Source: Eledone cirrhosa (taxonomy: Eukaryota). Taken from it: a stretch of 64,000 bases of DNA. This document shows, in pieces, positions 24,401 to 37,625 of this stretch (within the stretch, counting starts at the first letter, position 1; every line of letters starts with the position of its first letter). Made by a program: the position numbers and the translations under genes. The stretch is taken from assembly GCA_964016885.1 (NCBI GenBank), contig OZ024742.1, positions 271,064,001-271,128,000 on the forward strand, read 5' to 3'. The notes beneath the pieces are model-generated. The model was not told the origin of the DNA. It made no database searches and worked only from the letters and a program-made list of their open reading frames with translations.

Positions 24401-26006
24401 AAACAAATCTGGCTTTCCAAACTTTCTGACAATAGCCATTGCATCCTGATAGCGAATGTTCATATATCTCGGGACGCCGATGAAAGACGATGGCAAAATG
24501 ATGCGACTACAAATTTGCTTGTAATTGGCATCATCGGCTGTTATCGCATGCTGTATATTATAATACAATTCACCTCTGATATGTTGCTGATTTGTAGCTA
24601 TACAATTTAGCCTTTGATTTGCGATCTTTGCGAATGCCATACGACAGTATTCCTGGAACAATCTGCTGGCTTGAGATAGCGCATTTCTCTGTTGATTCCT
24701 CTCGTTCAAATGGAACGCGTAAAAGTCGCGAATCGAATTGTTGTGTCTATTGCCGCCCCCCCCCCGTTGATGCTGATTCTCAGGATCATCTAAATGAACA
24801 GACATGTTCCATACATTTTCACCTTTTGGGAATAAAAGAACATAGTGCAATGGATCGTATGCCCTATTTGACTCATTGATAGTCTTGAGACCACCATCTC
24901 TGCGATTGAAGACGATATCTCTCGATCCAGGCTTATCGTCCATCAACACAGCAACTTCACGAAGTCCTTCAAGGGTATTATATCGCCTTTCGTGTTGATC
25001 CTTGGCACTGTGTCAGCCTTAATCACCAACGTTTGCTGCTGAACATTTTGCAGTTCAGCCACCAACATGAAATCCATAACATAAGGATTTCACTGTCTAA
25101 GCCATGATTGTAAATCACGGATCAAATCACTTAACCTTTGCCGTTCAAGTTCAGTTATATTTCCCGGCAACTTCATCCAACCGAAACTGATATCCTCCTC
25201 CGATTCACTATAATCTGGATCGTTAACGTAAATTTGAGAGAATCGAGTCCTCTCGCCTTGGGTAACTTCAAAATTACCGATGCAATGATACAAACGGCCT
25301 TGAATGACTACATTCGGTTGCCATGCTCCACTCTCAAACATCTCACTAACTCTCTGCGATACTAAAGCTAATGCATTGTTAATTTGCCGCCAATATTTGC
25401 GCAGTAATCTACCTCGGTCTCCTTGATCACCCCACATACTTAGTATTTTAAACTCCGGTGACTCCTCCTCATCCGGCGTACGCAAGGGTTCTAGTTGAAC
25501 TGCTCCTTTATGACAGCACATTGTGGTCCACGTCTTTTCGTGCCTCCAAAGCAATGCTCCACAATGTCAACCAATCTGAAAACGACAGGGTTGCCATGAT
25601 CCATTTTTAATATCATCCGTTCGCCTTCTAGCCTCTTTACTGGAATGAGGAGCACTTTAGCGACACATTCTCTGAACATCTGTATTTCGCTGGCGCTGTT
25701 CAGCCAGCTCCTCTCCATCCATCGTAGCACGCCGTTGCTGCTGAATTCTGGCGATCTGCTGATGATGCTCAGCCTGTTTGTCTTTAACTATCGCAGCACG
25801 TCGTCGCTGCTTGCCTCAGTGTTTCGTTGGCGTTGTTCAGAGAGCTCCTCTTCATTCATGGCGGCACGTCTTCGCCTCTGAAGTTTGTCGTTCCGATGAC
25901 GCTGTTCGGTCCGTTTTTCTTCATTGCTGGCTGCACGCCGTCGCCACTGTAGTTCACTGTTTGATAAAGTCGAATTGCTTTTATTATCAGTATTCATTTC
26001 GAGCAA
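21430..26006 (-). pseudogene. Helitron RepHel (HUH Rep plus Pif1-like SF1 helicase), multiply frameshifted
   Basis: YDPLHYVLLFP, YQDAMAIVRKFGKPDLF, EFPKRGLPHAH (HUH), KYLFKYVYKG (Y2), DAPGGTGKT (Walker A), GGDFRQVLP, QFPVNLAFSMTVNKAQGQTF, FSHGQLYVAASRV. Confidence 0.95.
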
Positions 26007-26331
26007 TTGTCAAAATATGACACAATAATAAATAAAAAAGATATCCGTCAATGTAAAAAAAAAGGGTCCCTATTTCCTCCCTTCACAACTATGTGTATGT
26101 TAGACTGACAAACAGGCACGCAGACAGATAAACTGCGTGGCGATTGTGGAACGCCACACACGTACACGAATGGAAACGCGCTTCGCAGGAAAACTTACAC
26201 GCGCACACACTCACACATGTTGATAGTTTTGGCCTCGTTGAGGTGTGCGGATTCGCTTGAAACCTATGAACCAATGATAATCGAGAATTATGATACATGG
26301 AATAATGACGTTGTTGAAATTAATATATAGA

Positions 26332-27192
26332 CTAGCTGACGTACCCAGCTTCGCCCGGGTAAACAGATGATAAGAGAAGAGAGATAAAGGAGGAAATGGC
26401 TGTATTGGATCTTTGTCTGGTTACAGTATGACACGAGTCTGTGGTGCCTGTGTGATACAAAAAACAGTAAAAGAAAATCTTCCAGAAACACCAGATTCTT
26501 CGTTGTACTGTTTGTGCATAGTATATGAACAATTCTAGGTGCTCCCACCTAGAATAGTGACCTCTATGAGATAGTTTATCTTCTGCCTGGCTGTAAAACT
26601 TGTATCATTGCATAGACGTGGTTATTCCATGTTTCTCAAAAGGATGATAGAAGTTCCAATCTTTTATATTATATATGTAGATATAGATATAGATAATTAA
26701 TATAAAAGATGATGCTCAGCCAGTTCGTCTTCAACCATCGCAGCACGCCGTCGCTGCTTGGCTCCAGTGTTTCTTGGCGTCGTTCAGCCAGTTCCCCTTC
26801 ATTCATAGCGGCACGTCTTCGCCTCTGAAGTTTGGCGTTCCGATTGCGCTGTTCGGCCCGTTTTTCTTCATTGCTAGCTGCACGCCGTCGCCGCTCTATT
26901 TCACTATTTGATAAAGTCGAATTGCTTTTACTTTCTTTGGAACGCTGCACGCACGCACGCAGACATTAACATACGCGTACGTACATACACACGCACACAT
27001 GGTAATAGCTACAGAGTTCACTTTGCCTCTCTGTTTCTTACTCTCCCCTCCCACTCCCTCATTGGCATTATGCATATTAATTTGAGTTTGGCGTCGTTGA
27101 GGTCGTCGGAGTCGTTTGAAACCTATGAGCCAATGATAATCGAGAATTATGACACACGGAATACTGACAATGTTTAAATTAATATATATAGA
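26332..27192 (-). mobile_element. Non-autonomous 861-bp Helitron, an internal-deletion derivative of the adjacent family
   Basis: 5' A|TCTATATATATTAA at 27192; 3' hairpin TACCCGG-GCGAAG-CTGGGTA plus CTAG at 26332; 26332-26710 matches 20311-20694 and 26710-26930 matches 25761-25985. Confidence 0.92.
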
Positions 27193-29305
27193 TTATCTCT
27201 GTGTACAAATATATAGCCTTCGGAATGTAACGTGGCGTAACGACGACGAGTCCAAGATAAGTTATATATATATTGTTAATGTTACTACCAAACATAAGTT
27301 TATATGAACCATCTATGCATAAATGTTTTTTGGGTATATGGAGTTCTTCCTGGGGTAAACTAATCCAGTAATTCTGAGGCAGCATGGAAATTAACCAAGA
27401 ACTGATTTCTTCTAGGGTAGTTATACTACAGCTCCGTAGGATGTTCTTTTCCTTTTTGAGTACTTGGTTGTTATACTTATTTTTGCAGATATAGATTAGT
27501 ATATGATACTTATGTGATGTCGTAAGGCAATCAAATACTATCGACACAGACCTTAAGCTTCCCTTTCTTTTCTTCTTAAGGCCTTTCGATATTGTAGATC
27601 TTGGTTTCATGCCATGGATTTCCTCTCAAAACCAATCGATTGCATGGCTATTGATATCAGTATTCGTACATTTTGTTGTATGAATATATTTCTGAGATTA
27701 TTTTAAAGTTTGGTATAATATTATTTACACTACATTGGAGTTCGGTACATATTTAGGTATCTGTAGCATTCATCTTGTTATAAAATAAAGATACAGAATT
27801 CATTAAAGCAATGGTTCACGGTATAGGAAACATGTTTTTCTAGATACATCTATCAAACATGAATATTCTGGGTTTGATACTCTTGTTAGCGGAGATTGTT
27901 GAAACTGCCACCAACTATCTTTGTACATAAATATGTTTAAACGATCTGAGGGATGCGGAATACCAGTGTAGTATATAAGTTTTATGTACAAGACAAAAGA
28001 TTTAACCGTGACACAAACAAATTCCTCATCTTCGAATTCTTAACCATCTTTTTGGTAAGCATATCTATTACCGAGATTTAACGATCACATGATTTTAATT
28101 CTATCATGTGGTTGGCCAATTTCATGAAATTAGTTTTGCGAATGGCTTAGCTTTTTACGTCACAGACATTCTAAATCTTTCTAGATGCATATCTAAGTAT
28201 GTTTAGCACGGCGATGTAAATCTATTCAACTTAAGACAGATCGAGCATCCCTGAGTGAAATTTGGTGGCCGGTCATCTATTCAGAGTGGTTATCAATAAT
28301 TCCGGCAAATGTCTCACAGTTGTGTTTGAAACATGTTGATGACAATACTATTGTTCAACATCTCTGATATAAAATCGATGAATTCATAAATGCACTGGGA
28401 TCAGACAAATACTCTATATCCTCCTCCAAAATGTTTGCCTTGTGCCTAAGCTAGAAATTAACAATATAATGTCTGACAGAGTGAATGATCCGTGGCAAGT
28501 GTTTAGTTACTTTACTTTTAATTCAGAGTTCAAATCCCTCAGATTTACTCTTTCACTCATCGGAAGTGATTTTTTTAATCAAATTATGTACAAGCAGCGA
28601 TATTATAACATACACAACAATGTGAGTCAATTATAGATTTCGCTATTTTATTATCCTTGTTGATTTTGGTTGTATAATTAAAATGCCTGTAATTATAGAT
28701 AAAACAAAAAACATCAAAACTTCTTGAAATGCTAAAATAAACCACTAAGTAGACCCAACTTTATTTGGAGTATGAAAAGGATAGGAAATGAATGGTACCG
28801 ATGTTTAAATTGGACGAAAGAAAACACGTTTCCATTGGACTTCCATTCATAATAATATCTACCTGTCACAGAACCGGGTAGGAAGAGGCAGAATTTGAAC
28901 TAGGAATGAAGAAATTGTATCATATGTCAAATCATTATAATTTCCAACAAACCAACGGCGCCGGAATAGTCTTTATTCATCATCGCCGGGAGAATGAAAG
29001 ACAAAGTTGAACAGGATACGATTTGAATTGAAAGGAGTGTGAACTGGAAAGAAATTCCAAATCATACCATATGTCAATCTAATAGCTCTGCCAACTCCCA
29101 GCTATTAAACATATTAAGATGGAACTAAAGACAGTAAAAAAGTGATGAGTGTCTAATTATACTTATTTTGCTTAACTCTGAACATGTCTAACAATATTCG
29201 AAAAGCAAATTCGTTATAATTATGATCAGTAATAATATCGTAATTGACAACGACACAGCAATGTATGAAGAGAGGGGAGAGAGAACACGTGAAAGCAATT
29301 ATAAT

Positions 29306-29394
29306 AATTGTTTCTACTTTTGGCACAAGGCCAGCAATTATCCCAGTGCATTACTGGTACTTTATTTTATCGACCCCGTAAGGATGAAAGGCAA
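29306..29394 (-). mobile_element. SINE family A fragment
   Basis: GGCACAAGGCCAGCAATTA..CTGGTACTTTATTTTATCGACCCCGTAAGGATGAAAGGCAA is shared with 32438, 49872 and (reversed) 54768. Confidence 0.8.
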
Positions 29395-29609
29395 TTATAA
29401 TAATGAAAGAATTTTGAATAAACCTCTTCATGCAAGAACCAAGTTGAAAAAATAAATCATTCTGCTCTACAAAAGATGCAAGGGCAAAAGTCAGAGGATT
29501 AATGTGTACTCTAAGTACGTGATTTTGTATATATATAAGAAACTATTATGTGTATATATATATATATATACAGAGAGAGAGAAAGAGATACATATATATA
29601 TGTATATCG

Positions 29610-29833
29610 ACAGTCGATCGAATTTGGTCGAATCGGACCGAGGAAACAATGTTTCCATTGGTTTTTCCAATTGCTAAATACTATCAATCTATTGGTCGCA
29701 ACTCCAAGTAGAAGGAGCAACGGGAAATAAAGTGTCTTGCTCAAGGGCATAACGCATCGCCTGGTCCGGGAACCGAACTCACAACCTCACAATTGCTAAT
29801 CCAATTATCTAACCACTCATCCACGCGCCTTCA
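29610..29833 (-). mobile_element. tRNA-derived SINE family B
   Basis: Reverse complement matches 35338-35470 (GAAGGCGC.TGG..AGTGGTTA A-box, GAGTT B-box-like motif, CCTTGAGCAAGACAC core); the left boundary is approximate. Confidence 0.75.
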
Positions 29834-29885
29834 CAATACACACACGCACACACAACACACACACACACACACGCACACATGCACA

Positions 29886-29924
<39 letters not shown>

Positions 29925-29947
29925 ACACACACATACTATTTATACTA

Positions 29948-29993
<46 letters not shown>

Positions 29994-30506
29994 TTAGGTA
30001 GTGGTAAGGGAGGGATAGTTGCTGGGGGTGGGGTGGATTTTTTTGGGGTAGGATGGTATTTAGATACACAGGACCACAACATGGCACAGGCCGTTTTTTT
30101 CTTTGGGGAGTGGTCAATTAGCCAGAGTGCTTTTTTGAAATAAGTAAATAAATAAATAAATGAATAGATAGATAAATGAATAAATAAATAAAGAAAATAA
30201 ATAAATAAATAAATAAATAAAAACCCCAAGAATAGTAATTCAACAGATATATAGTAGGGAAATCATTTTTAGGTGGGTTGGTAATAGAAATTAAACATTA
30301 AACAAGACCGAATCATGGCACAGACTGAGGTGAGTGGTCATGTTAACATACAAGCCACAGGTGGCCAGAGTGTTTTTGAAGAATGGAAGGAATACAATAT
30401 ATTTACATACTCACAACCACATACAAAAACACTTACACACACATATATACATATATATACATACATACACATACACATATATATACATATGTGCATACCT
30501 ACACAT

Positions 30507-30569
<63 letters not shown>

Positions 30570-30762
30570 CACACACATATATGTGTGTGTGTATACACAT
30601 ATATATACATATACACACATACATATACACACACATACATACATACACATATATACATATATACACAAGAAAAGACACAAACACACAGACATACACACAC
30701 ACACGCATACACATACACACACATATATATATATATCTACACATACACACGTGCGCATACAC

Positions 30763-30819
<57 letters not shown>

Positions 30820-31593
30820 TAAATATATACACACCTACATGTATGTATGTCTCTCGGTATAAACTATACTATACTATACATACACATACATACATATGCA
30901 CACACATACATACACATGCATACACACACACACACAAGCACATACATTCACACATATGTACATATATACATATACACACACACATACATATATAATCTCA
31001 TATATATATATATATATATGAAAAAATGGGGAGAAGAATACTGCAGGTTGCACATGGATAACATGCAATAAAATAAGTCGCTCATCAGTGATTTGCCGAC
31101 GATCATAGATATTTCATTGCATTAAAAATCATATACCTCACGTCGGTGCAATAATAACTAAATTAAGTTATTAGGACAATTAAAACACGTAAAGCGAGTG
31201 AGACAAGATAACAACAAAGAGGAGAGCTAACCGTAGAAGGAAGGGAACAAGCTTCATAGTTATTCTGTTAGCATAAGCTAGGTGAATATATGAGCGCTTA
31301 GAAAAAAGACCTTTCGGGAACGAATCCAAATGTGAGAAAGAGAGAAAATGTTTTCGTCACGAACGGGGTGAAGTGAGAAGAGGAAAAACAGTGAGTGAGT
31401 GGAAGTGTGAGGAAGAGTTAACTGACATGACAGAGGGGGCGAAAGAAAGTAGGAGAAACAGAGAGAACGAGGGAGCAGTAAGAGAGAGAGAGAGAAAAAA
31501 ACAGAATCGCAGTTTAGGTAAATATATGTGAAAAAATGGGGAGAAGAATACTGCAGGTTGCACATGGATAACATGTAATAAAATAAGTCCCTC

Positions 31594-31760
<167 letters not shown>

Positions 31761-32437
31761 CATATATACATATATACATATATATACATATATACATACA
31801 CACACATACACATATACAAGCACACACGCATACATACACATACATACAAATAAGTACACAAACGCATATGCACAAACACGCACTCGTTCGCACTCATACA
31901 TGTGTCTATAATATAATGGTAGTGGGACAAATTTTAAATTTTTAATTTTAAACTGGGCCTGATAGAGGATTAAAATAATTAATATCACTACTAAGTTATT
32001 AATATTATCATCAAGTAATTAATTACTATTTATTATTTACTATTTACCATTCACTATTCGTTACCTATCTTTTATCTTTTATCTATTCATTACCTAATCA
32101 TTCACTCATAAATTAATAAATAAATGAATGAGTTAACTAACAGACAAACAAACAAACAGATAAACAAATAAACCAGTAAATAAGTAAATAAATAAATAAA
32201 TAAATAAATAGATAAATAAATAAATAAGTAAATAAAGTAACTAAATAAATAAATAAATAAATAAATAAATATACAGATAAATAGATAAATAAATCACGAA
32301 CGTTTGCGTGCAGCAGTTCATAACTGCACATATGCAAACATGAGCAGGTATATACGTGAATTTGTGTGTGCGGCCACGGAACTTTACTCAGAAGCATACA
32401 ACACAATACATAAGACCTGGAGGGGAGGAAAGAAGGT

Positions 32438-32557
32438 AATAATTGTTTCTACTTTAGGCACAAGGCCAGCAATTACCCAGTGCATTACTGGTACTTTATT
32501 TTATCGACCCCGTAAGGATGAAAGGCAAAGTCAACCTCGGCGGGATTTGAACTCAGA
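32438..32557 (-). mobile_element. SINE family A inserted at the end of the Penelope ORF
   Basis: Same conserved block as 29306 and 49872, extending to GGATTTGAACTCAG (reverse of a B-box-like motif). Confidence 0.8.
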
Positions 32558-34793
32558 TCAGGTAATAATGAGAGATAGAGGGGAGGAAAGAGGGTAATAA
32601 TGAGAGATGGAGGGACGGAATTGGGATGGGGGACATGGGTGGGGTGGTGATATGGTGGGGGGGGGGGTCAGTCGGGGGCCGGGTGGGTCTGTAGTTTTTG
32701 TAATTTGCATAGTTCTTGTGCATGCAATTAGGGGAGTGTTCCGAGATCTTGTTGAGGAGAGGGCCTTTGGCGAATAGAATCTCATAGCTCTCGGAGATAC
32801 AGAGGTCACAGCAATTATGGCCTCCCGTGTAGGATCGCGCTCTCTGGAGTAGTCTCCATTGGGTCTTGAAGGGGATGGAGTTCCTTTTAAGGTGCCAGAT
32901 GTGGACGGCGAGTGTAGTTTGGTTAGATTTGTCTGGGCGCCGGAACGAATGTGTGTGGGCGTACCAGCGAGTCTTAAAACTATTAGAAGTCATCCCGATG
33001 TACGAGTTTCTTTTTTCATCGGGGCCTGAGAGTACATCGCATATATAGACGAGATCTTTTTTTAGACAGTTGTTGTTGAGAGGGCAGGTCGTCTTATCAG
33101 GGCAATTGCAGTTGCTATCGGTTGCTGGATGGGCTTCGAAAAAAGTAGACTTATTTAGCTTCTTGATGTTATTGTTGGCTAAGTTCCCAGCTAGATTAGG
33201 TGTGGTAGAGTAAGAGAGTCTAATGGTATTCTTATTAAGGATAGTATAGTACCTATGTTGGGTGGGGAAGTGTTTTTGTAAGAGAGTGAAGAAAATTTTA
33301 GCTACAGGTGTTGAAACTTCGCGGTTGAAGGGGTACCAGCTAATGTGCCTTCGCCTATTCTTCCTGGGTGGGGGTGCGGCTATACTAAGGTAGGTGATCT
33401 TATCTCTAAAGCCGCTGCGGGCCAAGCCCTCGTTGGAACAGGGGGCTGCTGCTCTAAATATATCTTCATTGGCGGATGAGGCTAGATATCCTAATGGAGA
33501 CACTTTTTACTAGGTTGTCTAATATATTTTTGGGGTGGTTAGAATTAACGTCTATATATCTAAGCGATTCATTAGGTTTGTGGTACGGGTAGTAAAGCGA
33601 AGTTTCTAAGTCGAGGGTAACGTCTAGGAAGTTAGCTTTAGTTAAGTTCGAATCTAAGGTAATCCTAAGGCCTAAGTTTTTAAAGAAGGTGTAAAGGTTT
33701 TCCTGAACACATCCGTGGTCTTGGGGTTGATTTTGTGGAGGGAAAAGAGGCCGTCATCTCGGTAGAGACAGCCGGAGAGGCCTATGAAGAGGGTCTTCAA
33801 CCTGTGGAGGATGAATAGACCCACAAGGTCACTAATTTCAGCTGAGTGGCTAGCACCCATGCTAACGTCGAAGGGGGTCTCAGATTTTTTGTTGATTCAG
33901 TGGGATCTGTCATGGTAAAGAAAGGTCTTACGTGCATGGAGGATCACATTCTGCTCGGCTTCGGTAATTGTGGTTAAGTTCCTGGCGAAGTTAATCGCGT
34001 CAATCAGCAGGCTCTCTGATATGGAGGCGAAGTAATCCTCGATGTCTAGCTGCAGGAAGCGGGTGTTGCTTTTGTCAGGCAAGTCCCGGAACCATGTGAT
34101 TGCCTCTGATGTCCTATTCCAGAGTGGGAGGGGTGAGGCATCACGTAGTCTACGTAGAATCCTGTCCAGGATCTTCTTACTGACGGATCCTATGTCAGAC
34201 TTGGTCGGGTTAATCAGCCGGACCGACGGTTTATTGTCGAAGTTGTTCTTGTGGTCTTTCAGGGTGAAGTGTGGGGACAATACCCTCAGAGGTTCTGTCC
34301 GGTCTTCCAGTTTAAGGGAAGTGGCGATCTTCTTTCCGGCTATGTTTGTTTCAGTCAAAGTAGTGTCATCAACTTTTTTGTACTTTGCTGTGATGGCATT
34401 ATCAGCAAGCTTGTTGTAGGTGTCGGGAATAACCGCATAACTGTTTTTAGTTTTGTCTGAAGGGACGTGGAGATACGGGAAACTTTTCATTTTCAGAAGT
34501 TTCTCCTTTAAGTCCGTTTGGAAAGGTATGTTGACTTTCCTGAATTTAATATTTTTGATCATTTGAAAGACGTCTTCTTCAAATGGTTCAAGTAGGCTGT
34601 TGGTGGGTGGAGCCTTATTAGATTTAAAGCCGTAATCTCGTTATTGGTAGATGCTACATCAGGGTGGTCGAAAAAGAACGATCTCCATCTAATTCGTTTG
34701 ATGAATCCGTCTAATGAGGGTTTTTAGGTACTGTTTCCTTGGTGGGTTAGGAATGTTCTTCAAGGAGGTATTGAGGTCGATTCTTGTTAGCAT
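32553..34793 (-). pseudogene. Penelope RT and GIY-YIG endonuclease, frameshifted
   Basis: MLTRIDLNTSLKNIP start, SDKT, LKDHK..RLINP, LDIEDYFASI, MGASHSAEISDL, YRDDGL, NFLDVTL, VYIC..YIGMT..FKTRW..H, CDLCISE. Confidence 0.93.
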
Positions 34794-34926
34794 ATTTTCT
34801 TGAGGATGATTATAAGGGCACTAGGGTGTGCTTGGATACGTAGATCCCGGGTTGAGTCGGGGATAACCACAGTAAGTAAGGTACTCAATACATGGCAGAG
34901 TAAAAAAAAAATTATTTTATAGAAGG

Positions 34927-34977
34927 AGCTTCTACAGGACTAGTACTGTTTCATTCAGGTGAAATCTTCAGGAAGCT
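34927..34977 (-). ncRNA. Type I hammerhead ribozyme in the Penelope 5' region
   Basis: Minus strand reads AGCTTC CTGAAGA TTTC-ACCT-GAAT GAA ACAG-TACTAGTC-CTGT A GAAGCT; perfect stems I and III, GUA site. Confidence 0.88.
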
Positions 34978-35337
34978 GGGTGTCATATTAAGTTCTGGTA
35001 TTTATACATTTAGGTAGTGGTAAAGGAGGGGTGGTTGCTGTGGGGGGGGGGGGGTAGGATGGTATTTAGATACACAGGACCACAACATGGCACAGGCCGT
35101 TTTTTCTTTGGGGAGTGGTCAATTAGCCAGAGAGTTTTTTGAAATAAATAAATAAGTAAATAAATAAATAAATGAAGAAATAGATGAATGAATAAATAAA
35201 TAAAGAAAAAAAATAAAAAAATAAATAAATAAAAACCCCAAGAATAGTAATTCAACAGATATATAGTAGGGAAATTTTTTAGGTGGGTTGGTAATAGAAA
35301 TATATATATATATATATATGTGTGTGCGTGTGTGTGT

Positions 35338-35597
35338 GAAGGCGCATGGCTTAGTGGTTAAAGCATTGGGCTTGCAATCGAAAGGTTGTGAGTTTAAATG
35401 TCGGACCGGGTGATGTGTTGTTTCCTTGAGCAAGACACTATATTTCACGTTGCTCCAGTTTACTCAGCTGTAGAAATGAGTACCTTCCCGCCCTGTCAGT
35501 GGGATGGCGTTATCTTATGGCTAAAACATGAAGACGTGCTGTGAACAGCGGCGCCGTTTGGCGCCCGGCAGACTGGTCGGTCAAGGTGATCAAGGTG
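35338..35597 (+). mobile_element. tRNA-derived SINE family B
   Basis: A-box TGGCTTAGTGG, B-box-like GAGTTTAAAT, CCTTGAGCAAGACAC core; flanked by microsatellites. Confidence 0.8.
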
Positions 35598-35682
35598 ATA
35601 TATATATATACACATATATATGTATAATTATACTGTGTTGTTTATTATACATTAAATATATATATGCATATATATATGCATA

Positions 35683-35807
<125 letters not shown>

Positions 35808-35878
35808 AAAGAAAAAATATGAAATCGAAAATGCAAATGGAGTCTTATTTAAAAAATATATATATATATTTATTTGGT

Positions 35879-35918
35879 TCCTTTACTGGTTTCGCAGTTC
35901 TTCTGCTTTTCAAAATGA
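35879..35918 (-). ncRNA. Candidate minimal hammerhead with U3-A8 core
   Basis: Minus strand reads TCATT TTGAAAA GCAG-AAGAA-CTGC GAA ACCAGT A AAGGA; stem I is weak (4 of 5 pairs). Confidence 0.55.
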
Positions 35919-36091
35919 GAGTTAAGATGGAGGGCCTGTGGTTTTTCTCGTGAGAAATTTCGTTTCATTTTTTCCGTTTATCGCTTTCGGTGCACATGGC
36001 CGATTAACCCAGTCGATATGCAAATTGGGCTACTCAGCCGTTAGTATGCAAAAGGAAAGTATATACGTTCAACAAACTGGCAGGAAGGTAT

Positions 36092-36134
36092 ACATTGCTG
36101 ACGATAGCTAATAAGCCTGAAACTAGTACAGCGT
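36092..36134 (+). ncRNA. Type I hammerhead, slightly decayed
   Basis: ACATTG CTGACGA TAGCT-AATA-AGCCT GAA ACTAGT A CAGCGT. Confidence 0.7.
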
Positions 36135-36252
36135 TCATATGTAAGTGTTGAACAAACGATCAACGATGGTTGCTAGACACTACGGTTTAATACGGGATGT
36201 TTGTTTACAAACACACCGAGCATTATAATAAATGTTCGGTGAATCCATACGT

Positions 36253-36311
<59 letters not shown>

Positions 36312-36542
36312 TATATATGTATATGTAAGTATGTATGTATACGTACATACATGTATGTATACAAACCTACAGTAGTATGTATATATATACATACATGCAG
36401 ACATATATATATATATGCACGTATCGGGTTACCGAACATTTATTATAATGCTCGGTTTGTTTGTTTGTAAACAAACAGCCCGAATTACGCCGTACAGTGT
36501 TTAAGCAACCACGGCACCTTTTTGTTCAACACTGACACAGGA

Positions 36543-36585
36543 ACGATGTACGAGTTTCAAGCTTATTAGCTATCGTCAGCATCGT
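36543..36585 (-). ncRNA. Type I hammerhead
   Basis: Minus strand reads ACGATG CTGACGA TAGCT-AATA-AGCTT GAA ACTCGT A CATCGT; stem I is perfect and extended by GTTCAAC..CTGACAGGAA/TCCTGTGTCAG..GTTGAAC. Confidence 0.85.
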
Positions 36586-36965
36586 ATACCTTCCTGTCAG
36601 ATGGTTGAACGTATGAAAGTATATACTTTCCTTATGCATATTAACTTATTAGCTATCGTCAGCATAAGCTTGGAACTAGTACATCGTTCCTGTGTCAGTG
36701 TTGAACAAAAAGGTGATGTGGTTGCCTAAACACTGTACGGCGTAATTCGGGCTGTTTGTTTGTTTACAAACAAACAAACCGAGCATTATAATAAATGTTC
36801 GGTAAACCGATACGTGCATATATATATGTGTGCATGTATGTATAATTATACATACTACTGTAGGTCTGTATACATATATGTATGTACGTATACATACATA
36901 TATACTTACATTTAAGTAAGTGCCGTACCAAGAGTGAGACATGAAATTTCGTTTCATTCTATTCC

Positions 36966-37010
<45 letters not shown>

Positions 37011-37279
37011 TGTATATATATGAATGTATATATGTATATATGAATGTATATATTTATATGTGTATGTATATATGTATGTATATATGTATGTTTATATGTA
37101 TGTATATATGTATGTATATATGTAGGTTTCTTGGTGAGGAGGGTGACGTTGGACATCCTGCAGGACTAAAAACAAAACCTTTCAAAGGGCAAAGGAGTCA
37201 ATGGCCATCCAAAATCACCGGGAGAGATGACCCCTTAGCCTTTGTCAAGGCAGAATTCTAGGAGAAGGAAAACTCTGAT

Positions 37280-37625
37280 ATAACACCTGCAACTCTGATG
37301 GTATCCAATGATGTTGACTTGTTCTTCTTTTTGGTAAATATCATCTTGGTTAAGAGAGTGGGACTGACTTTGTGCAGTGCCTTTGCTCACTATAAAAGCT
37401 TCACGGCACAGGCATTGCTTTATATCTGGAGATCTCTCTGCTCTTGTCGTCACATGGTACCATGGGCCCAGCACTATGTGTCAATAATTGTCACAAGTGT
37501 AGTGTTTGTACCAGAGTTTTCAAGTCGCTGGCTGGACTAAAGTCACATTCGTTCAGCGCTTCGGTAGGAGTTCTCCTACATGGATATAAAGTAGTGGCCG
37601 TACTCGAAAACGAGTTGACAGCCAC
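37280..37625 (+). mobile_element. Probable LINE 3' fragment with a C-terminal C2H2-like finger
   Basis: HKCSVCTRVFKSLAGLKSH near 37492-37550, then a short UTR ending at (TA)n. Confidence 0.45.

Larger units (their letters stand above)
20311..26331 (-). mobile_element. Full-length (formerly autonomous) Helitron with both termini
   Basis: 5' TCTATATATTAA at 26331; 3' hairpin plus CTAG|T at 20311-20341; contains RepHel coding sequence. Confidence 0.93.
36040..36912. repeat. Three-arm (+/-/+) inverted-repeat cassette carrying hammerheads
   Basis: 36040-36250 (+), 36322-36644 (-) and 36665-36912 (+) are mutually homologous. Confidence 0.85.

Noticed and set aside
31020-31095. Possible minus-strand hammerhead (CTGATGA...CTGCAGTA) in a 60-bp block duplicated at about 31530
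   Set aside because: The GAAA box is absent in both copies and no stem I forms
35338-35415. tRNA gene
   Set aside because: A and B boxes are present but there is no cloverleaf; it continues into a SINE body and has a second copy ending at 29833
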